This document shows, in pieces, positions 63,895 through 64,000 of a stretch of 64,000 bases of DNA. Origin of the DNA: Camelus dromedarius (Eukaryota); NCBI RefSeq assembly GCF_036321535.1, contig NC_087438.1, forward strand, positions 13,022,001 to 13,086,000, given 5' to 3'. A program made the position numbers and the translations under genes. Below the pieces are notes generated by a model. The model ran no database searches. It was not told where the DNA came from and saw nothing but the letters and a program-made list of their open reading frames with translations. Each line of letters begins with the position of its first letter. Position 1 is the stretch's first letter.

Positions 63895-64000
63895 GGCCAA
63901 CAATAAAAAGCAATGAAATAGAGAGTCCATGATCCCAGCATAAAAAAGAGAGAGAAGCATGAAAGGGTAGCATTGGGTTACCACGATTCATAAAGAAAAA

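Noticed and set aside
1..64000. Prokaryotic or phage system (operon, CRISPR array, defence locus)
   Set aside because: Coding density is near zero, the longest ORF is 136 aa, mammalian repeats are abundant, and there is no repeat-spacer array.

Overview
This is AT-rich, CpG-depleted eutherian genomic DNA, most likely camelid (alpaca/camel lineage). That call rests on a Vic-1-type tRNA-derived SINE at ~32.6 kb and camelid-type L1 3' tails; I saw no Alu, BovB/Bov-tA, PRE-1 or Can-SINE. I find no credible protein-coding gene, rRNA, functional tRNA or prokaryotic system. The listed ORFs are chance ORFs, microsatellite translations or decayed transposon frames. The window is a layered record of mobile elements. 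It holds many MaLR (MLT1) LTRs, a decayed ERVL (LTR16/HERV16-type) gag-pro-pol fragment with its LTR, about seven class I ERV solo LTRs (several with target-site duplications, TSDs), L1, L2, MIR, a possible CR1 remnant, and hAT/Tigger DNA elements. The most interesting items are: (1) a 1.3-kb composite LTR unit enclosing an env-tail remnant, a polypurine tract and a second LTR start; (2) two exon-like segments (60984-61081 and from 62893) upstream of a young LTR poly(A) site, a possible lncRNA; (3) a non-repeat CpG/G4/CTCF-like island at 18.8-19.4 kb. Repeat family names come from recalled consensus similarity, not a database search, and boundaries without TSDs are approximate. I do not claim a new biological system.
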